NCBI RefSeq assembly: GCF_001194135.2
Contig: NC_068982.1
Span: 25,993,008-26,032,825, forward strand
Direction: 5' to 3'
DNA length: 39,818 nucleotides
From: Octopus bimaculoides
Taxonomy: Eukaryota
Shown here: in pieces, positions 35,251 through 39,818 of the stretch
How the letters are laid out: each line of letters opens with the position of its first letter
Numbering within the stretch: the stretch's first letter is position 1
Position numbers and translations under genes: made by a program
The notes under the pieces: generated by a model
The model's input: only the letters and a program-made list of their open reading frames with translations
Database searches by the model: none
What the model was told of the DNA's origin: nothing

Positions 35251-35566
35251 ATATATAGTTTTAGGGAAAATAACCAATTTTCAAGAACTCATCGATGAAA
35301 ATCCACTATCACATATAGAAACATTAATAATTAAAAGCACAATAAATGAGTATAATATAAAGTAAAGTAAATATCATAAGATAAATATAATATAATATAA
35401 TATAAGGATATAATATAATATAATGCTTCTTAACCATTATATTTATCTTATGATATTTACTTTACTTTATATTATACTCATTTATTGTGCTTTTAATTAT
35501 TAATTTTTCTATATGTGATAGTGGATTTTCATCGATGAGTTCTTGAAAATTGGTTATTTTCCCTAA

Positions 35567-35576
<10 letters not shown>
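35251..35576. repeat. Near-perfect long inverted repeat (141-bp arms, 44-bp spacer)
   Basis: 35251-35391 is the reverse complement of 35436-35576 with one mismatch (AAC vs AAA). Confidence 0.92.
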
Positions 35577-35599
<23 letters not shown>

Positions 35600-35604
<5 letters not shown>

Positions 35605-35760
35605 CGAGCTTCCCCACAGTTTCCGTGTACCAAGTTCTCTCATAAGAAATTGGGTCGGTCCAAGGCTACAGTACAAGAGATTTGCCTAAGGTGCGGCGCA
35701 ATGGGAGTGAACCGATAACCACATGGTTACAAAGCGTGCTTCTTAACCATAGATCCTTGT
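35600..35760 (-). mobile_element. SINE family B head half, diverged
   Basis: Minus strand AACCATGTGGTTATCGGTTCACTCCC...CCTTAGGCAAAT...GTACACGGAAACTG. Confidence 0.7.
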
Positions 35761-36601
35761 CTGCTCCGACAGATAAATTCTATCTCTGTATTGAAAACTT
35801 CGATTTAGAATATTTCAATATTATACAGAGCCGACGACAGCAGCTGTAGCAGCAGTAGCATGAGCAACAACAGCAGCGGTAGCAACAACAGCAACAGCTT
35901 CTCCGCCAAACTAGCAAGCTATGTGTTACTTTCAGTTAAACTACGTGGCATATATCTTTAATTCTTTTGATAAAATGGTGTACTACCTAGCTACATACTT
36001 CTTTATATCCTTATATACTATTCTGTACTACTTAAGTATGTTCTTAATTCTTTCAATGGATTGGAATACATTTACTTTTATGTATAAATGATCTGAAGTA
36101 CTTGAGACAGTGCTGTATCCATAGAAATATATATATATTTATTATGTAAAAACACTTGACAATTGTAACAGAATATTCCATATATAACCGAATATCACAA
36201 AAGTAACTTTCACTCACATACTATTTTACTGATTTCATTTAATGAGCTGCGGCCATGTTGGAACACTGCCTTGAAGGGTTTCAACTGATCATACCAACTC
36301 ATCTCTGTAACCTGATATTTCAGTGTGGTACTTATTTTATGGATCTCACTTAATAGAACGCCTAAAAATATTTATCTTTTGACAAAGAGTTGTAACTTCA
36401 CTATTGATGGACATGAAGGATCCACCGAAATGAAAAGAAGAAACTCTTTTACCACAAAACAGCAATATATTAGCGGTTAGTTTTAAAAATATATATAGTT
36501 TACATAACATTAGTGATAAGAGAAATTGAAAATGAGGACTTCTGCATTTCTGCAGTATGAGAAAAGTGCAAGGCCTCTTGCTTGGTCTCATACACACAAA
36601 G

Positions 36602-36675
<74 letters not shown>

Positions 36676-36829
36676 CGCACACACACACGCACACACACAC
36701 ATGCACACTCATATATGTATATAATTACAAGCACGTACACAGATAAAAACACAGCAGTTGGTGTATTGAATGTGAGTGAATACGCTTATTTGCTTGCATG
36801 TGTGCTTATAGTTCTAACATAACTTATAT

Positions 36830-37385
36830 TGCTTAGATAAGTTTTGGTCATTATTGGCCCTGGCCATGTCTTCCTTAAATAGCATAACCAATATCGTATT
36901 TATTTCAGTCATGTCTTCGGACATCATAGTAGAGGCGATTGTCTGGTATTGGAGGAATTTGTTCAAGTACTGTTTGAATGTTATAGAGTCTCCTTTGATT
37001 TCTCTCGGAATAATGTTGGATAAGGCAAGATCAGTTGAGGCTAAAAAGTTGTGTTGCAATGTTGTTATAAGATGTCAGCTCGATTTTTGTCGCGGGTTTA
37101 TGGCTTTGGGGTCAAGCTTTGAGTGATTTTTGAGGACTTGATACCAAGTTCATTTGGACTGTTTAGATGGAACATTTTCCACATTGTGCAAGTAATGTAG
37201 TGTTCACAGTGGTGTTGGAGGGAATAAAGTTTGAGCTTTTTGCGGTGATCTCAATAATTATGGCCTGTCATGCCACTTATTATTTTGTGACTAAATTCTG
37301 GGGTGCTTTACTTCTGACATTGTTTTGTATCGTATTCAGAGACCACAGTGGGCTGCAATATTCAAAATGAGATCTGGCAAATGCT
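36830..37385 (-). mobile_element. CR1-clade LINE ORF2 C-terminal remnant
   Basis: ARSHFEYCSPLWS...GMTGHNY*..KKLKLYSLQ...WKM...NIIPREIK..SITFKQYLNKFL. Confidence 0.7.
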
Positions 37386-37394
37386 GCAAAAAGT

Positions 37395-37800
37395 ATGTAA
37401 TGACCGAATAGTACGATTGTGAGCGAATACAAGCTGACGAAATGGAGTTCCTCGAAGGATCCCTTAAATAACGTTACTCGACAGGATGCGTAGTTCGAAA
37501 TTCATGGAACATGTCAAGGTCGAACAGTTATTTCTTCGTATAGAGAATCCAGTTCCAGTACTACAGAAATGTGGTTAAAATGTCGCAGGGAAAGGATCGC
37601 AATACAGACCCTTCAAACTCAACCAACCTGCAGATGACCTAGGAGTAGACCAAAAACGAGATGGTTGGATAATATTCATAGTCTCAGTTGGTCATACTTA
37701 GGAATCTAGCAGGAAAGGGTAATGGCGGTTAGTTCTACGACTCTCTCAGGAATAGTGGCTGACAAAAATTCACAGAGGAAGGGATGGAAAAGTTTTTAAT
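37395..37800 (+). mobile_element. Rex3/Expander-like RTE 3' remnant
   Basis: MTE...RIQADEMEFL, VEQLFLRIE and PRSRPKTRWLDNIHSLSWSYLGI. Confidence 0.65.
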
Positions 37801-38130
37801 ATTCAAAGCCTATTTTATAGATTAATATAATAATGTGATACACCCATTCCTTTAAATGTTTGTTTAGTGTTATTTGATGGCCTTCTTTTATATTATTTTT
37901 GAAATTTAGTGAAACATGAGTTATTTTTGCCTTATCATTATCATTATATCTGTATATATATTTATATATTTAACATATTTTAATTTTTGTGCATTTTTGA
38001 AGGCATAACGTGTTGGGTGATAGCTATGTTGACTATGTGCTGTATGAATTGCGTTATTGTAGTAGGTGACAACATTTTTTGTAATTTGTGTATAGATTGT
38101 AATTTGGGAGCGTTATTACAGAATATCATA

Positions 38131-38344
38131 AAGGCGGCGAACTGGCAGAATAGTTAGCACGCTGAACGAAATGCTTAGTATTTCGTCCGTCGCTAAGTTT
38201 TGAGTTCAAATTCCGTTGAGGTCGACTTTGCCTTTCATCCTTTAGGAGTCAATAAATTAAGACCCAGTGAAACACTGGGATCGATGTAATCGACTGGTCC
38301 CCTCCCCACAAATTTCAGGCCTTATGCCTATTGTAGAAAGGATT
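38131..38344 (+). mobile_element. tRNA-derived SINE family C, full length
   Basis: GGCGGCGAACTGGCAGAATAG (A-box) and GAGTTCAAATTCC (B-box), near-identical to 22879-23095. Confidence 0.9.
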
Positions 38345-39490
38345 GTTGAATAGCTTGTGTATGGTATAAAATGTGAGCTGCACTTAGGCGAGTTTTGAAT
38401 TGGAATACTTTTTTTGTTTTGGTTCATGTTTTACATTACCATAAATAACGTTCTAATTATTGTTGATGTTTTTACTTTCATAGCTCACATCCTACTTGTT
38501 TCTGTTTCATGATTTTGCATTTATTCATGTTCTCAATTTCTCACCAGGTGATTAAGTCATCGTTCGGACGAATGAGTGGGACCGACAAATGTATTGTTCT
38601 AGAAATACCATGTCTCCACTATCTTGATGAACACAGCGCACTTTCCGGCATGCAATGATTAGTCGAATAGGGTGCAGTGTTACTGTCTATACATCTTTTA
38701 TTCTCTCCACTGTCAAGTATTTTTGCGTATGCTTAGAGTTTACAGTGGGCACAAGAGCATAAACGACCAAAGTAGACACTGTCAGAGAGCGACGCTAGCT
38801 GGTCATCTGTAGAAAGAGCTACTGTCGGGCTCTAATCAAATGCTTCTTATCGTCGGTGCTGCACAACTCAAAAGAGTGTTTTGAGCTCCAATTTCTACGT
38901 ACATGTGGGGGTTTTATGTCATTTTATTAAACGTAATTTGTTTGTTAAACATGTAACTGGATCTCTCCCCCGTAGAATATTTTCTCACATACAACGCACA
39001 ACAAAAATTCATTCTAAAATCTACGAAACAATTTGCTCACTTTTGTGTGATATTGTACGTTACACATTAGTGCTCTCTCATTTTTACTTAACTTTGGCTG
39101 GAATTATGTTATGCTTGACATCAGCAAACTTTCGATGGAAAGTCTTCAGAATTTCTCATTTCTTGAATTGGAAGAATACTGTCATACAACTTCATCACAG
39201 AAGCCCTACATGAATCACATTCGATTTAGCTGTCATTTCAACGCACTCGTATCCAGATAGTACCTCCCTTTTCTTATTCGTAATAACTACATTACAATAG
39301 CTAGGTGCAATATAGTTACTTCATACCAAAATGTAGACGAAGAAGCCTTTATGCAGTCGTTTGATTTGCTAAATATAGCTGCTTGCGAAAATGTTTCTTA
39401 AAGTGCACCTTAGATAATATAACATTAGACATTCATAAAAATAGACGGGATGATCATGATCATAATGCCTTTGATGATAAGTTTACTTAG

Positions 39491-39494
<4 letters not shown>

Positions 39495-39557
<63 letters not shown>

Positions 39558-39604
39558 GACTACACCGGGGACGTTTAACAGAGACTACACCGGGGACGTT
39601 TAAC
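39495..39604. repeat. (AAT)n followed by a 25-bp-period duplication
   Basis: AGACTACACCGGGGACGTTTAAC at 39557 and 39582. Confidence 0.9.
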
Positions 39605-39818
39605 GTGTGAGAACGATAAATCACTGCTCCGAAATTTATCCAAAAACATCGGAAATAAAGACATCGCATGGAGCCAAAAAATAGCTGACAAAGGGTTGGA
39701 CTATATCCGAGTAAGTAATACTCATTGAAATTTATTTCTATTTTTCCAAATATAATGATGTATTTTAACTAGATATCATCTCCACGATCCGCACAGCGAA
39801 CGTAAACACACGTGTTAC

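Noticed and set aside
38548-38658. Plus-strand exon VIKSSFGRMSGTDKCIVLEIPC..., faintly lectin-like
   Set aside because: It has only 36 codons before a stop, the resemblance is too weak, and there are no partner exons.

Overview
AT-rich animal genomic DNA from a gapped scaffold (six N-gaps). It is most likely an octopod cephalopod; this is inferred from the tRNA-derived SINE families, dense (CA)n/(TA)n/(TACA)n/(TAA)n microsatellites and TE mix. I find no intact host gene, rRNA, true tRNA or CRISPR array, and most ORFs in the supplied track are microsatellite, gap or antisense artefacts. The window is a layered transposon graveyard. Retroelements: at least four SINE families, a 3'-truncated Tx1/L1 LINE, a near-complete RTE LINE, R4/Dong-type RT and restriction-like endonuclease (RLE) pieces, CR1 and Rex3-like 3' ends, a Penelope GIY-YIG fragment and a Gypsy integrase C-terminus. 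DNA elements: Tc1, pogo/Tigger and mariner remnants and several MITE or fold-back elements. The main candidate is an in-frame fusion at about 28270 that joins RTE 5'UTR-APE-RT to the R4/Dong zinc-knuckle end, RLE, 3'UTR and (TAA)n tail. This gives a dual-endonuclease (APE+RLE) architecture, which is either a chimeric lineage or a one-off accident. Other notable items are a degenerate type-I hammerhead ribozyme, a TIR element with a telomeric-repeat core, a 141-bp near-perfect hairpin, and a SINE split by a Penelope insert with duplicated flanks. Boundaries of degraded elements are approximate, and all family assignments come from motif recognition by eye, not database searches.
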